Assembly: GCF_009914755.1 (NCBI RefSeq)
Contig: NC_060931.1
DNA from: the human T2T-CHM13v2.0 reference genome, Homo sapiens
Strand: one strand, 5' to 3'
Length of the DNA: 64,000 nt
A program made the position numbers and the translations under genes. Shown one piece after another: positions 14,815 through 31,095 of the stretch. Numbering within the stretch: the stretch's first letter is position 1; every line of letters begins with the position of its first letter. The notes under the pieces are model-generated. The model saw nothing but the letters and a program-made list of their open reading frames with translations, did not search any database and was not told the origin of the DNA.

Positions 14815-16387
14815 TTAAAAGCAATGGGAAAACAGACTGATTCAGAACAGATGCCATGGGGAAAGAATCATATACATTATTAAAGAGAAAGGAAATTCAT
14901 GTTATAATATTGTTACCTGAGACAAATATTACACAACAGATTGATTTTTAAAATTTGATCCCTGTATTGTAATTTTTATTCTTTCATCAATATATTAGCT
15001 ATTTGCACTTGATTTTAAAAAATAGTGTTCATAATATCAAACTCTATATATTGAGATTTTTTTCTTTGAGCTGAATAAATCTTTTGCATCTTTTAGTGCT
15101 TTAATACTTTTTTGTTAATATAAAATATAAACAATTTTGTAGATAGTTCTGGAGGGGCAGTTTGCTTTAATTTAAAGATAATTTCTATCATGAATTGGTC
15201 CACAGAGCTGATCAGATAACAGAAAATTTTGATATCAGAAAAGTAAGTTATAGTGATCTGCACCTGACAAAATTCTATGATGATGATGATGAGCCAGATG
15301 CACTAATACTCAATATCTGGGCCTTATCTGTATTAATCTACCATTTTTTTTCTTTTTTATACTGAGGGATTTTTTAAACCCAATATACATTTGCTATGAG
15401 ATAGTTACTAGGATGCTTAAAGGAACAGTGTCTCAGACACCTTATTCTCATAAATCAATGCACCATCTGAAATACATTCCATCTAGAGTAGCCAAAGGCT
15501 GTGTCCCTTGTGTGATCTAAGAGCTCTAGCTCAAATTTGATCAAATAAAAAATGACAGCTGCTCAGCTTGGCCCAAATATGCACTATTTCATCATATATT
15601 CAGATATCTCAATTTTACAGATTGGCTTACTTAGCACTATAGACATCAACTAGAGTAAGGTTTAAGGGACCAAGTGAATCCTAAACCTAAGCATACAAAT
15701 GAGCAGCAAATGGCATAATTGCACATATATTAGTTAGGCTTCTTTTCAAGAAACTAATTTTGAATTTATTTGTGTTTTATCAGCAAGGATTAAGTCAAGC
15801 ATGCTGACACCATTATGAATTAACCTCATCTAACCTTCAAAATGTGTGGATTCCATTTAAAACCTGTAGTCTATCAACTATCTCCACCAATTCAACAGAT
15901 TATAGCTGTGATTTTTACAGTTAATAAATTCCTAATGCACAGAAAGATCACTGGTGCCAGTCATGGAAAAGAAAGACATGCACCATCTTATAATAACAGA
16001 TACAATTTTCCTGAGAAAGGGATTTTGTCAACAAAGTAGGGGACGATGTAGGTTGATTGTTGGGATATGGGGCAAGGGTTCAGGAGAAATGCAATTAGAC
16101 TGACTTAACCAAAGAATTGGTCAATTTAGTAAAAGATAAATTGGTGAAATCAACTGGAAAAGTAATAGTGAGCTCATTATCTGAACTCTTTTTTCAAATT
16201 AATAGAAATAATGTCTGACATCTCTGCATCAGTTTCACTGAAAATGAAAATGAATTTATTGTTACTTCCAATAATGTTTGTTTCACTTTTGAATTTTAAG
16301 TTTTCCACTTTAAAAGTTTTTAAACGTACATAGATGTATGCATATTATATACACATACACACACACATACACACACTATCATACACA

Positions 16388-16895
16388 AAGGTTAAGCATC
16401 CTTAATTCAAAAATCTGAAATCCAAAATGCTCCAAAATCCAAGACATTTTCAGCACAGACATAAACCACAAGTGGAAAATTCTACTTGATAGTTGCAGTC
16501 AAAAGGCAGGGACACAACACACAGTTTATGTGTGAATAAGTGTAAGAAAATGATTGCTTATTGGTAACATATAAATTCAGAGTCAGGAATGATGGTGATG
16601 CCATGCAACCACAGATTGTCCACATTGGTGGCTGAGAAAATAACACCTTTACTTTCTTATGGTACAATGTACACAAACTTTGTTTCATGTACAATAATAT
16701 TAAAAATACTATACAGAATTACCTGAAGGCTATGCGTATAAGGTGTATATGAAATATAAATAAATTTTGTGTTCAGATTTGGGTCCTATTCCAAGATATT
16801 TCATTATGTATATGCAAATATTCCAAAATCTGATAAAATGCGGAATCCAAAAACCTTTTGGTCCCAGGCATTTCAGATAAGGAATATTCAACTTG
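16388..16895. mobile_element. Tigger4/MER46-type TcMar DNA transposon derivative
   Basis: Degenerate terminal inverted repeats aggttaagcatcctt ... aaggaatattcaacttg, with internal aaaatctgaaatccaaaatgctccaaaatcc. Confidence 0.8.
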
Positions 16896-17609
16896 TTTTG
16901 TTCTATCATGACCTAAATTTTAAATGTGTAAAAGTTATATACCATAGTGTTTTGAAATAGTTAAAATAGCTTCTTATTACATGTAAGATAATTGTGGAGT
17001 TTTTTTTTCCTCTAGATTGCAGTCAAAAAAATTTTTATAGTAAAATGCCTAGAATACCTCTTTATAATAAATATATAGCTTGTCATTAAAGTGCAAGATT
17101 GATCTGTTTAATGTTGTTGAACTATTTTTCTGCATGTATTGCTGATTTTATGTCACTGATAATCATGCAATTTTGTAGCTTTTAACAATTAAAGCAATAA
17201 TGAAAGAAAATAAAGAAGAAAAGAAACATCTTTGCCCATTATTCAAGACTTGACTTTCTAATAAAATGCAGCACACATTTATGGTGGATTAGAAACAAGT
17301 CATTTAATTTGTAAATATCATTACAATCTCTACTCTAACTCCCACAATTGATTATTTGCCTCTAGTGTTTCATACTCCAATCAATTTTCTATACAGGTGT
17401 CAATCACTTTTATTTAAAAAAAAAAACAACTTTTCTGAGCAATATGAAATAGCTCCTAGCACCTATAAAGTAAGAAATAAAATTAATAGAATCACATAGA
17501 CCCTTTCACAAACTTTACCCAATCTATGTGAGGTCTTTCTGATTTTAATTATTGTTACTTCATTTACTTTATAAAATCTAACTTTCTCCTGAAGGTATAG
17601 CTCAAATGC

Positions 17610-19250
17610 TATCCATCTGAATATCCTTCCATTTACCTGTCTATTGCACAACTGTTATTGTGTGCCTAACACACTAACATCATTTTAGGTGCTAGGATAA
17701 TATGACAGGACGAATATGAAATTCACTGCCCTCTAGAAATTTACATTCTAGTGACATAGACAAAGTAATCAAGTAAATGAATAAAAAAGGAATATCTGCT
17801 GCAAAACAATAAAGGAGATGAGAAAATACCAAGGGCAAAAAAAAAATGTATTTTAGATGAGATGATCAGGAAAGGTGTCTCTGAAGAATTAACATTTAAC
17901 TATAAGATTAATTGATATAAAAAGATGGAGCTAAGTAAACATCTGAAAAACAAGTTCCTCAGGTACAGAGGACAATGAATGCAAACATACATAAGGCAGC
18001 AACCCATTGATGCTTTTGAAAAAGAGAAAGCTACTAAGTGAATCTAGCAACAGTGATGTGAGAGAGGGTCAGAGAATATACTAGCGATCAGGTCAAGAAG
18101 CATCTTACATGCCATAGGAAAGCTTTCCGGTTTTTCACCAATTGTTCTAAGAAGCTATTGAAAAATGTTGAGTAAGGGAGTGACATGCCCTGACTGAAGT
18201 TTTTAAAAAGATGACTCTGGCTAGTAAGTGGGGTATACAACTAAGTGGGGTACAGACAGAAGTGGTTCAAGTGTGGAGGCAGAGAGACCAGTGAAGTAGC
18301 TACTGAAGAGCTACTGTGGCCTCAGTTAGGCTGGCATCTGTGGGTATGATGAGAAGTAGGAAAGCTTGGCCATGAGCCAGAAGGACTAACTGAGAGGTTG
18401 GTGATAGGATGGGAAAGAAAGAAAATAATATAAAAGTGACTCCTAGCTGCTTTTTGACATAAGTAGCTGGGTGAATTGTGTGCAATTTATTAATATAGGA
18501 AAGTCTGCTGAACAAATAAGTCTTGAAGAAGATAATAAGAATTCTTTCTCAGACATAAGTTTGAAATGCTAATTAGGCTTTCAAGTGGAGCTCTTTAGTA
18601 GGCATACAAGTGTCTGTGTCTGGTACGTAAGGGTGAGTTCAGAATTGGACTATGAATTTGGGAGTGAAATAGCCTCTGATAGTGTTGAAATAGACAGTAT
18701 TAGGGAGTCAGTAGACAGAGAATGGAAAAGTGGCTGGGGACACTCCAATATTTAAAAGGTGAGATGAAAAGGAAAGTTAAGAACACTCAGAAGGCAGTCT
18801 GAAAGGTAAGAGGTTAACCAGAAGGATATGGTACAAGGGCACATAGGTATGCTGGAATATCATTTCTCTGAAAACAAAACAAAACAACAAATAACGTAAT
18901 TTGTAGCGCTTGCTGATTTTGCTGTTGTAAATACTCCCACCATGTCTGATTCAAGCTTTCAGTGGTTTAAAATCAGCTCACAAAATTTCAAAATTTTAAG
19001 CAATCAACTTATATGAGGCCACATGAACTGGCTCTAGCACACAAATGCATGGAAGGCAAAAGAAAGTGTTTCAAAAAAGAGGGAGTTAGAGCTTAAGTAA
19101 AAATGAGAACCGAAAATTGGCCGTTGGATTTGGCAAGGAGGAAATTGCCGGTGACCTTGACAAGAATAGATTGGATAGACTGATGATGATGATTATTAGA
19201 AAAGACTGTGTGCAGTGGGTTATAGCATGAATAGGGTATGGTAAAGTGAA
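17610..19250 (-). mobile_element. LINE-2 relic interrupted by MER63
   Basis: L2 3'-end motifs near 17650-17750. The minus ORF 19093-19329 contains VKVTGNFLLAKSNGQFSVLI, resembling L2 reverse transcriptase (LLKVTNDLLLAKS.G.FSVLILLDLS). Confidence 0.75.
18842..19047. mobile_element. MER63 (hAT-Blackjack)
   Basis: tttgtagcgcttgctgattttgctgttgtaaatactcccaccatg...actggctctagcacac. Confidence 0.7.
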
Positions 19251-20534
19251 GACAAAAATTGTGGGTGCCTAAGGCAGCAACTACGTTTTGTATCAGTTTC
19301 TTTGTAAAATTTATCATTTGACATAGCATTTATTTTACTTGTTTTGGTATTTATTGTCTGCTCTCTCCCCCAACACACTCTTGAATATAAATATCGTGAA
19401 TGCACAGATTCTTTTGTTGTTTTCTTTGTTGTTCATTGCTGTATCCTCAATACCTATAATCATCCCCGATAAATTTCATATTCATATGTAGATAATTGCA
19501 TATGTATCGCACAGTAATGATTGCTAACTAAAATAACGGACATCACAATGAATCACCTACACATTAGAACAAGAAGCCAAGCACACTAATCTGGACCAAG
19601 GCTTATTTTTCAGAAGAATTAAGTTATAAGTTAAAAATAACTGTTTTGTTTTTAAATCAAGCAAACACTACCAGACCACCAGTTATAGATTATGAAATTT
19701 GGGTTATTTACATCACTGGTAGGGTGTTTAGTAACATTGTGATAAATGTGTTCTTCTTCCACCTGTTCGTGTGTGTGTGCATGTGTGTGTGTTTGGTGTG
19801 TGTGTGTGCATATATTTTCGATCTTAAGGCAGAGCTTGAGAGTGTAAAGTAGCTGCAGCTCTGGAATACATACTTTTATAGATTTGTTTTCTCTGTTCTC
19901 AGACTCACTCACCAGGCCTCCTCTCTTTTCCCCCACACTGGCCTTCTCCTTCTTTCAAGATCTTCTATTCTGTGATTAATTTTTCTAAACAATACAGCCT
20001 TTTGGTGATCTCTCTTTCACTAAACTCCCCTATCACTAATTATGCCTTATGACACTTCCCAAAAGATTCATAAGCTCTCTAAGGAGTTTCTTAGTCACAT
20101 AGTATACCCAGGACAATTACATGCACATGGAAGTCGCTTAATAAATATTTATTGATTAAGTGAATATATGATTTGATAGGTGAATATAAATAAAGTATAG
20201 ACTACCTAAAAACTTTTTTCTAATAAGACCTACACTTTTACCAGACTTCTGGGAGGTCTATTTGAGTTTACTCTAAATGTCCAAATGTTTTCTGTTATAT
20301 CCTGTTTTATCTCTAATAGCAGTTTTCAAACTTTATAAGGATGGATAAGGTAGTAAAAAAGAAACAAAAGCTACAGTTTAGGAATTTTAAAAGACATATG
20401 AAACAAATAATGATATAACAAAGGATTATTCAATTAGGCACGTAGACAGGGGTTGATTTATAAAATTTCCTGTTGCTCTTCCAGAACACATGCATTACAC
20501 AAAATGGAGATATTCTTATATAATAGATGGTTTA

Positions 20535-20690
<156 letters not shown>

Positions 20691-22179
20691 TTAAACTTAT
20701 TAGAACTTCAAGCATGATTACCATCATATAGAAAGGCTACATCTAATACTAATAACAGTGGCAGATGCAGTACTATGCTTGTCTTACAGTTCAACTTAAA
20801 TGCAAGTCAATATTCCAATCAATCTAACATTGATTTAAAAAACTACTGGTAATGAGGTCCAAATAGAAGAAATCCTTTTCAGACAATGAGATGACATGAA
20901 TTTTATTTAACTACGCTTCTTTTTCTCTATTTTTTTCACAAATTATTCAACAAAAAAGGTTAAATAAAAATACAACCTAGGTTTTATATAATTAAAATGA
21001 GGATAGCTACTCTCTTTAGGAACTCTCTTTTTAGTCAGTCATTGAGAAATAATAATATATAAAAGCGTTCAGTCAGTGGCTAGGAACATATACACAAATA
21101 CAAAACACCTTGTCATGTAAAGATTCATTATTGCATAGATTTAATTAAGCAACAAACTAAATACTGTAACTTGAAATAGAATTATAAATTCAGTGTGGTA
21201 TAAAAGACTACCTGTTATTTCTATCTGCTGATGAGTAGCTCAAATTGTTTTTCTCATAGTTATGATCATAATAATAATAATAAACAATGGCTTTTGTATC
21301 ACATCACATATTTTCCTTAAAAGAAAGGAGTAATTATTTTATTAAAAAAAATCCCTGCTACATCTAAGCAGGTCTTACACTCTTACAGCATACTTTCATT
21401 TGCTTTGGCTATTTTATTTTGTCACTTCAGAGATCAGAAAAGTACCAGTAAATGTTCTGTGATATCTATAGTGTTCCTTGAGGGTAATGCTGAACAGATG
21501 ACAACAGATGACAAGATTCATCCATTATACACATCTTTTGGCTCACATGACATTATGTTAGGTAAGGGAAAACATCACAGTGGCATGTCTGAAAGATCAG
21601 AGATACAGTCTTGGGAAATACAAGAAGAAAAAATTATGATGGTATAAGGTACATAGGTCAAGAATGTTTTTAAATCTTAGCTTCTTAAGGAACAGGGTCA
21701 ATTCATCAAACTGAAGGTTTATTACCAACTAATGAGCATTCTTGTTTTTCAGCTTCTAGGAAAGCATTCCCCAAAGACTATAATGAGCAAGTTCTTGGCC
21801 AAAAACCATAACAAAATGTGGGTGACTTTTAACTTTTAATTTCTAATAATCATATGTACCCATTTCAATTTAATTCATGGATTTCAGGGAATATAAAATG
21901 TTTTCTAATTTTAAGTAATATTTGCTGTTGAACTATACATTCAATTTGTAATTTCCTAGAATTTAGAATTTGAGAAATCAATAAAATTCCAAAAAGAAAA
22001 AAGTGTACTTGTGGTAATGAGACTAGCATGTGCCTGTTAGTTTAAAAACAGACCTAAAAATAAATTTGCTTACATTTCACCTAGAGGAAAATATACTTCG
22101 AATACTTTAGAAAATAATGTTACTATAATCAACATTTTAAAATAATTAACATAGTATATTTAGCTAGCATCAGGCATAT

Positions 22180-22320
22180 CGATGGGCATTCATATTGTTT
22201 CCAGTTATTTTGCTATAAAAATAATGCTGAAATAAACATTCTTGAACATATAACTTTGTTGTACTTTTGCACATGTGTATATAGAACAAATTCCTAGCTT
22301 GGAATTGTTGGCTCAAAATA
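22180..22320 (-). mobile_element. L1ME-like fragment
   Basis: gatgggcattcatattgtttccagttattttgctataaaaataatgctg...ttcctagcttggaattgttgg. Confidence 0.65.
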
Positions 22321-22887
22321 GCATTATTTCTAAGAGCACATAAAGCAATGAACTACAAACAGCAAGGAAACCGTTTGTTGTTTAATTATATGAGTGGCAG
22401 AAATTGACCAAGTTATAATTATTAGAGTAAAAATAAAATTATACCAAGTCACTAGGCTGCACTGTGGGTTTCATACAATCTGTGCTTGTACAATCATATA
22501 TATTTATATATTATTTGCAAAACAGTGGGCATCAGTATATACATATTTAGAAATAAGAAATAAGGAAGGAACAATTATAAAAAAGGCAAAATAGTGAATA
22601 AAAACAAACCTTTAATAGTGCTTGACATAAATGAAAGAAAAGAATATATAGAATTTATTAAAATTGTTTGAAGTTCCATATTTCAGAATTTCAGAGCATC
22701 TGTTTTACCCTCCTTCAAAATTAAGTTTTATGTAAAAATATAAAACAACATTTTGATTTTAATATTCCTTCCATAGGACATGTTAGTAATATATTTTCTC
22801 TTTAACTTAAACTATAAGACAAAGCATTAATGTGAGATATTCAGCTTGTAGAAAGGAAGGCTTTATATTAACTCCATGTGCCTCTTA

Positions 22888-23208
<321 letters not shown>

Positions 23209-23989
23209 TCATTTCTATCCTGGTTAGATGGTAGTTTGAAGATTTTGATGCTGAAATGGACAGCATTCTACAAGCTTGGCAGTAATTTCAGAAGGTCAAA
23301 AACCAGCTGCTAGACAGGAATTAAGATGTCAAATTCTTTCTCAATACTAGAAAATGTACTTTGAGAGATTATGTCCAGCACAGATGCTATAGGCAAAGCT
23401 CACGGTCTTCCCAAGACTTCCCATGGCTCCTTATATAAGAGACGACTGAAAATAAATTTATAAAGCATTCCCCTGATTTCAATTAACCATTTCATTTGTT
23501 ATTAAAGTACTGATCCTTGAAAGAATGTGAGTTATTAGTGGGAGAGAAAGTATTTGTTATCACTCTGAAGAAAGTATTAAACAGGCTTGAGGGATGCTAT
23601 ATCACAAATGAAAGGCTGCATGATACTGAAAAACCCAGCAAACAAAATCACATTTTCAATATAAGTCCTGAAAGTAATGCATTACTTCCCTTATACATTC
23701 TTTTGAGTATCTGTGGTAGTAGCGGTGGAGGGGGAGGGGTGATACAAGTGAATAAGCCACAATCTGTGCCTTCAAAGAACTCATGGTCCACTCTAGTGGA
23801 CCATTTCAAGAGTTAGAGGGGGGATATCTATGTTAGAAATAGGTATTGGCATAATAACATAGTACTCAACTTACAGAAATGGGTCTTACACCTTTAGCAC
23901 CCATTAAACTGTCAGTTAAGACTTCCTAGTTGTTAAATGCAATGAACACTGTTTAGTATTTGTTTTACTGAAATTCTCTATACTGTTTG

Positions 23990-25290
23990 ACACTAATGAC
24001 TATATGTTCCTTGAAACTTTCTCTGCTTTCTATTCTCCCTCTTCATTTCGGATTAAGACATTTGTCTCCTTTGTGATTCCTTTTTTTTTTTTTTTTGCAT
24101 TAAATGTTGGGTTTCCGTCTTTTTGCTTTATTTATTTACCTTTTATATTGTACAAAAGACTTAGATATATCTTGAAAACAATATAAGTATAAATGTAATA
24201 ACCCCCCCTAAATCTACTCCTCCTGCCCTACCTTGGAGAGTAGCACTCTCATCCACCAAGTCATCCAAGACAGAAATCTGGGAGTTGTCTTTGAATCTTC
24301 TTTCTCTCACATTCAGTCTGTCATCACTTCATTTCCATTCTCTCATACAGAATTTTCTAATCTATTTCCTCCCCTCCCTTGCTACAGCCACTAACTTTGT
24401 TTCAGTCCTTATCACTTCTTTCCTGGATTACTTGTAAGTGTCCTATTTCTGCTGGCTTTGATTTTGTTTTCCAACAACCCCCATCTCTACCCCAGTACCC
24501 AGTCTATCTTCCACACTGCCACACCAGACTAATCTTTCTAAAAAGAAAATCTTATTATAACACCCTCCTTCTTAATCATAAATGTATTTTTGTTTGTTTG
24601 TTTTCCTTTTCAATGGCTTTTTTTTTTTTTTTTTTGAGCCAGGTTCTCACTATGTTGCCCAGACTGGACTTGAGCTCCTGGGCTCAAGGTATCCTCCCAT
24701 TCTAGGCTCCTGAGTAGCTGCACTACAGGTGAGCATTATCCAAGCATCCAGGGGCTTTCATTGTTTTTAAGATATGCTGCTAAACTTCTTAGGAGGATAT
24801 ATAAAGATATATAAAGTTGTGCCTAATCTTGTTCTGTCTTACTTCTCCAGATTCATTTCTAGCCTTCCTGCCCTTTGAACACACATATGATCCATACTCT
24901 AATTGTACACAAACTTATTACAATAAGCTATAGTCTCTCACTCTTCACACTTTTGCAAAGATTCTCCCCTTCTGGTTGGCATATACTCCTCCATTCCATT
25001 CTCCTTTTAATATATCTGGTTAACTATGACATCCTTCATAATTCAAGCTGTATGTCTCTTCTTTCAGTTATCTTTCCCTGTTCCTTCTGGCTCCCTTTAG
25101 GCCACTTTCTTGTCTCTGTCTTTCTAGACTCTATTATTACTGTGCAGTGTAAGTGTCTTCCTTTGACACTCAGCTATACTGTGAGCTTCTGGAGGTTAAT
25201 GGCGAGCTATGTTATTCATTCATTCATGTACCCTCCAAGCACCTTAGGCCTTCAAGAAATAAATGATAAGTGAATGAACAAATAAATGAC
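23990..25290 (+). mobile_element. LINE-2 relic with an embedded FLAM-type Alu monomer (minus, ~24619-24750)
   Basis: gaaatctgggagttgtctttgaatc and ...taagtgaatgaacaaataaatga 3' end. The monomer reads poly-T + ctcactatgttgcccagactgg...ctcctgggctcaag. Confidence 0.65.
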
Positions 25291-26083
25291 AAAGCCCTGA
25301 AGAAGAAAACTATTTAGATAATTTCCTAAAAAAATCACTCTGCCATAGGAACAGTAATAGATTAAGTCAATTTTAGCAACACCTTGATGTTGAACATGTC
25401 ATATGGCTTTCTTATATCTTGGGGGTGCAAATAGAAATAATAGTGCAGTTTGAATCTCTTGAAACAATTGTAATTTGGAATATCATATCAGAGAGTTATG
25501 AAATAATGTTAAAGATTATTACTATTATTATAATTAGTTACCATTTACTTTACACTTATGTGCCTGCTCTCTGTTTAGAATGTTGCATGAAGCATCCTCT
25601 TTAAACTCCCAACAAACTCTGGAGGTGGATATTGTTTTTCTAACTTTACTGTTGAGGAAATTGATTCTGAGAGTTCGATATTATGTGATATGTGGAAGGT
25701 TGGCTGTTGGGCTGCCACCACAGTTCATATTCTAACTCCTAGACCCCCAGATTAAAAACCCTTTGTAATGGTTAGGGTTGATATTCTACATGAATGTCTA
25801 ATGGGCTTGATAGAATGACATTCTCATGAGACTAGGAAAGTGAGTTCAGTTTTTAAGATCCAAAGGAAGGGGAGAATGCATCATTCAATTAATAAAATTT
25901 GGCTCAATTTCTCCCAAGGCAAGGCTGAAACAATGGTCTCTAATGAATTACAAGAGAAACAAATAATGTTTTAAATTTCTTAAAATTTAACTTCCAATTT
26001 CAATGGATTTTTTTTCAAATAAAGTTTGATTCAAGCAGCCCATTGCTTTTGTGATTAACTTTCATACAAAAGTTAAAAAGTAC

Positions 26084-26125
26084 CTGCTTCAGAGACAATT
26101 CCATGTTCAAGATGATTGATGAGTG
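26084..26125 (-). CDS. SEMA3D: SEMA3D 42-nt mini-exon
   Basis: tttcag|CAC TCA TCA ATC...AAG CAG|gtactt; HSSIILNMELSLKQ bridges ...LQIFK and QQLYIG... Confidence 0.95.
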
Positions 26126-28028
26126 CTGAAAATAGAAGTTAAATGTCAATAAAGATAATCATTAACAGGTTTTTATATTAAACAATATGTTGTTTTATCT
26201 GATGCCATATATCACTGAAGTAAACATCAAGTCTCTGTTACATAAGGAAATAAAGTTCTTATTGTTTGCTATTTTCTTCCAAAATGTAGTGATTGTACCT
26301 TAACAGAAATGATAAAAAGTTATTTTGTAGTATCTTATTAAAGATAAGTGACTTAAATGTATAAGAAAATACTCTGCATTGAAAATTGTTCCCAGTTACT
26401 CACAAGTGTTCTTCTTCTAAATCTGCTTATCTTAACTGCTTCCATATAAGTCAAACTAGTGTTGACAAGAACATCTCCATAATTATTTATTACCTCTTTC
26501 TGCTCTTACTTAGATCAGTGGTTCAAAAAGTTGTTTAAGTAGCAGAGTTTTGAGAAGTTATAGTGCTCCTTGTGGATGATCATATTCTTTACGGAACACT
26601 ACACAATACTGGTGCACATGATTTCACAATATGAACTAAGGCTAGTTTTGTTTGTAAAAAAATATGGCTCAATGCATGCAAGATAAAATCAGAAACATGA
26701 ACACAAAAGCTAACAAACTAAAAAGGACAAGATGGCTTAAAAAATTTTCCATCTACCTATCATCTATCTACTATTTATTCATTTAGCACCAGCTCATATT
26801 TGCTAATTGACAAGCAGTATTAGATGTTAAAGATTTAAAGAAATATATGAAAAAAAATTTCAGTGAGAAAGTTCTATCAAATAGCATTTTTGTTATCAAT
26901 TTTAAAAACATGGCCAAACTTATCAAATTATATACATACAATATGTTCAGTTTTTTGTTTGTATCTCAATTATACCTCAATAAAGCTGATTTTACAATAA
27001 GAAAAGAAAACAAAAGCTGGTCATTTATGTAATTTTAACAGCAGAATCCAAGTAATTCTTCTTGACCACTGTCTAACACCATTGAACGAGACTTGTTCTA
27101 ATGTGCTTATGTGTGTTATAGGCACTGTATTTTTGGCCTCTGGGTTCACACTTATGTTTGACATCTGGCCTTCCCCTAGGAACCACCCAAGATTTTGTTT
27201 TGGTAGACACCAGATAGCAGGTCTTGTTCTTGTTAACTCCTTGACCACTATTATCATCACAACATAAACAGGATCCTGTGGAACTCAGCATGTTAATTAA
27301 CTTGAGCCCCTCACAGAGGAAGGCTTTATTCTCTTTTAAAGCATTATTTACATGGAAACAATCCATTTTAATAAACTGTCTCAATAAAAATGTTATAATA
27401 AACAAAGCATATTTTTAAAAAAGTTTTTCTGAGAAAAAAAGTATTTCAAATGTTACAATCAGCAAATAATTGTAAACTTAATTTTACTGAGGATTTACAA
27501 AGCATGCCACAATTGAGAGTTATTGTTAAAAGTCAAAGACATTCTCCAAATCTGGAGAACTATTCTTCTAGATCTACTAACTCTTTTTGCCGGGTGAGAG
27601 GAGTTTAGCATACATGAAGACTTACTATGATGCAACCTATATATTTTTTTAATTTCCTTACAGAAAAGCAGGGACACATGATTTATACACTGGTCTATTT
27701 TTCTCAAATTCAATTGGGGAAAAATTGAAAAGTAAAATTTATAAAGTAGAAAAGCATCTGGATAGTAAAAGAGACCCCAGGCTTTCATTTAATGTGGCAA
27801 TTTGTCTGACTATATGCTTAGAGAATGCAGTAATGAGAGGCAATCCCGGGAGCCCTGAATTCAGCGGTATTCTACAGAGGAAGGTGAGTCCCATTCCTAG
27901 TCGCTTATAAAACTTTTTCCACTGCTTTGGGAAAAGAAAACTAAGAAAGCTAATTTCAAAGGCTTCTTCAGGTAACCTGATGATGTATTAAAACAAGGGT
28001 GCCCTATAACAAGCGCTACTCAGTTTCA

Positions 28029-28187
<159 letters not shown>

Positions 28188-29112
28188 CTATCTCAAAAAT
28201 TAGTGGTAAGCATATCCCTAGAAACCTGCAAATCATTCCCCTCACTTCTCTTTAAATGCCTTTCAAAAAACAGATTAAATGAAACATGCATGAACTGAAG
28301 CTTAATGTTTAAGTTTTGTCCTCCCAAAATATAGCTTTTAGCTAGTAGAACACCCATTTATAGAGAGAATGTTAAAGGATGCATATTCAGAGTATATTCT
28401 TAACAAAAGTAATATATAGATATATATGTATAATTTAAATATTGTTTGAAACGTTAATAGAGCAAACGTTTTGGACCTTAACTGAAAAAGTTAAAAATAT
28501 ATTAAAATAACAAATTCTCTCTCTTCCTTCCATGTAATATATATTTATTAAGTAGTTATTATATCCAATTCACCATGAAAGACAGATATATATTCTTTTA
28601 ATAATGTTGTCAAATGAACAAAAAAATCATTGAAGCTATCTGAGGGAAATTGTAGCTCACTCTTCAAATGTATTCTATCTTCAGAATCCTTATTAATAGA
28701 TGAGAAATGGAAGGTTTGTTTAAAATTATTTAAGTTCAACTTAATACAAGGTTGATAATGCAAACCAAAAATTGACATTTAAAAGAGGTATCTTAAATAC
28801 ATCATCTTACATTGAAATTAAATGAAGTGTCAGGTTAGTACAGAAAGAAAATTAAAAGAACAGTTTAGAAAAAGAAAAAAAAAATCCCACTTTAATTTAT
28901 ATAATATAGGCATTTTTAAACTTCTGAGCACTGGGGTTGGAGTATAGTAACGTATATAATAATGATCCTGTTCGCACAAAATAGTCTGAATTATTTAATT
29001 GTTTTTAAATAACTCTGGGATCTTTAAAGAATATTAAATGTACATTTTTCCAAATGTCAAAATTAAAAACCTATCTTAGCAGTCTATAATTTTCTCAGTA
29101 AAGGTTAGATAT

Positions 29113-29126
29113 TACCACCTAGTGGC
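29113..29126 (-). promoter_or_regulatory. CTCF-like motif (reverse) with a possible upstream module
   Basis: Minus strand reads CTGCAATGAATGTCATTTAGCCACTAGGTGGTA. Confidence 0.4.
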
Positions 29127-30205
29127 TAAATGACATTCATTGCAGTGAACTGTTGAACACCTAGTTTTGGGTGGACAGTACAAATTAAGCGTCAAACTTG
29201 TGGGAATTAATAGCAACTAATTAATTCTACTTTTGACCCTTCAACAGCCATCTCTTTTGTCTTGGGAATATCCCTTATTTTTCTGGTTTGTGGAATTGCC
29301 ATCTTCAAAATAATCAGGTTTGACAATCAATGACAAAGGTCCTCTGATTCCGTCACACACATACTTCCTAATAAACCTAACTTCTATAAGATCCATAATT
29401 TTTAAAAATAAAATTATTCTAAAATTGTTTTGAACTCTTAAATATCTATTCTAATAAAAAGTCTTGTTTGTTGAAAATTCTTAATTTTTAATTCTTTATG
29501 AAATGCTTGATCCATTAAGTTATATAATATGATATGGAATACAGTGCTTTTGTTTTAATGATACATGTTATCTTTACTGCCAGTAGAATTCCCATGACAT
29601 TATTAGCTAATACTTTTACTTTTTTTGAGATTAAGTTTTTCTTTTTATAAAAACATTTTAATCATTTTATAGTTACTGAGTTGACAGACAAAGAAAAAAT
29701 ACAATGGGCTTAAAATCTGAGTCTAGGAAATACATTTTAATGCACAAAATTCAAGAAGAAAGATAATCTCCAAGAAGTTTCTATTTAAAGGTCTTTACAA
29801 AGTAATGTTTAATGTTTCTGAAAATCTATCTTAAGTCAACTAAGTCAGTGATTCTCAAAATCAGGTGAAGGAATCTTTTGGGAATATACTTGCAAAGAGA
29901 GGGAAAGGCAAAGTTTGAAAATAAACATTACTTTGCCCTACTTGTTTAATTGTAGTTCAAAATCATTCAACAAATATGTATTGAGCATGTAATGTAGAGT
30001 AGACACATTGCTGTCAAATACATTTTGAAATCTCAGATTTGAAGTTGGGAGATATTTATGATTATCAATTAAAAGCTACATAATTTTAAGAAATGCTGAC
30101 AAGGTTTTATCTAATAATTACTCATTTTTATTTTGACCAATAAATATTTTTGAAGTTGTTCTTCTCTTTGTCTAATAATGAAAAATTCCTTTTGAAAAAA
30201 TCCTA

Positions 30206-30652
<447 letters not shown>

Positions 30653-31095
30653 TTACCTCTGCATTTTATAATGTTTCCATAGTGAATTCTTTTCTTATGA
30701 AGATTATTTCTTCTGAAGATTGTTTCTAATGAAGATATTTGAAATCTAACTTGAAATAACTGTTAAGAAACTGATCTATAAACATGAGAACACGTGGAAA
30801 GCCATTATTTTCAATTTCCTTTGAGTAATTTATAATTTCAGTTCAAATGAAACCATGTTTAATTAAAAAATAAAAAAGGAACAAACAGTTCACAAAAATT
30901 AATTTCAAAGTATTTAATAGTTTGAAATTGTAATTATGTAGTTTCTTTTATGATTAGTGTGAAAATTACACTTTGAACAATTCAACAGCTCTTCTCCTAA
31001 AGAGTCTGCAAAGAAACCGTTAGGGAATTTTATACTTCTTTCTAAAATTGCCTTATGTGCCTTTCAGCATCCACTAAATCAATAGTTAGCATGAC

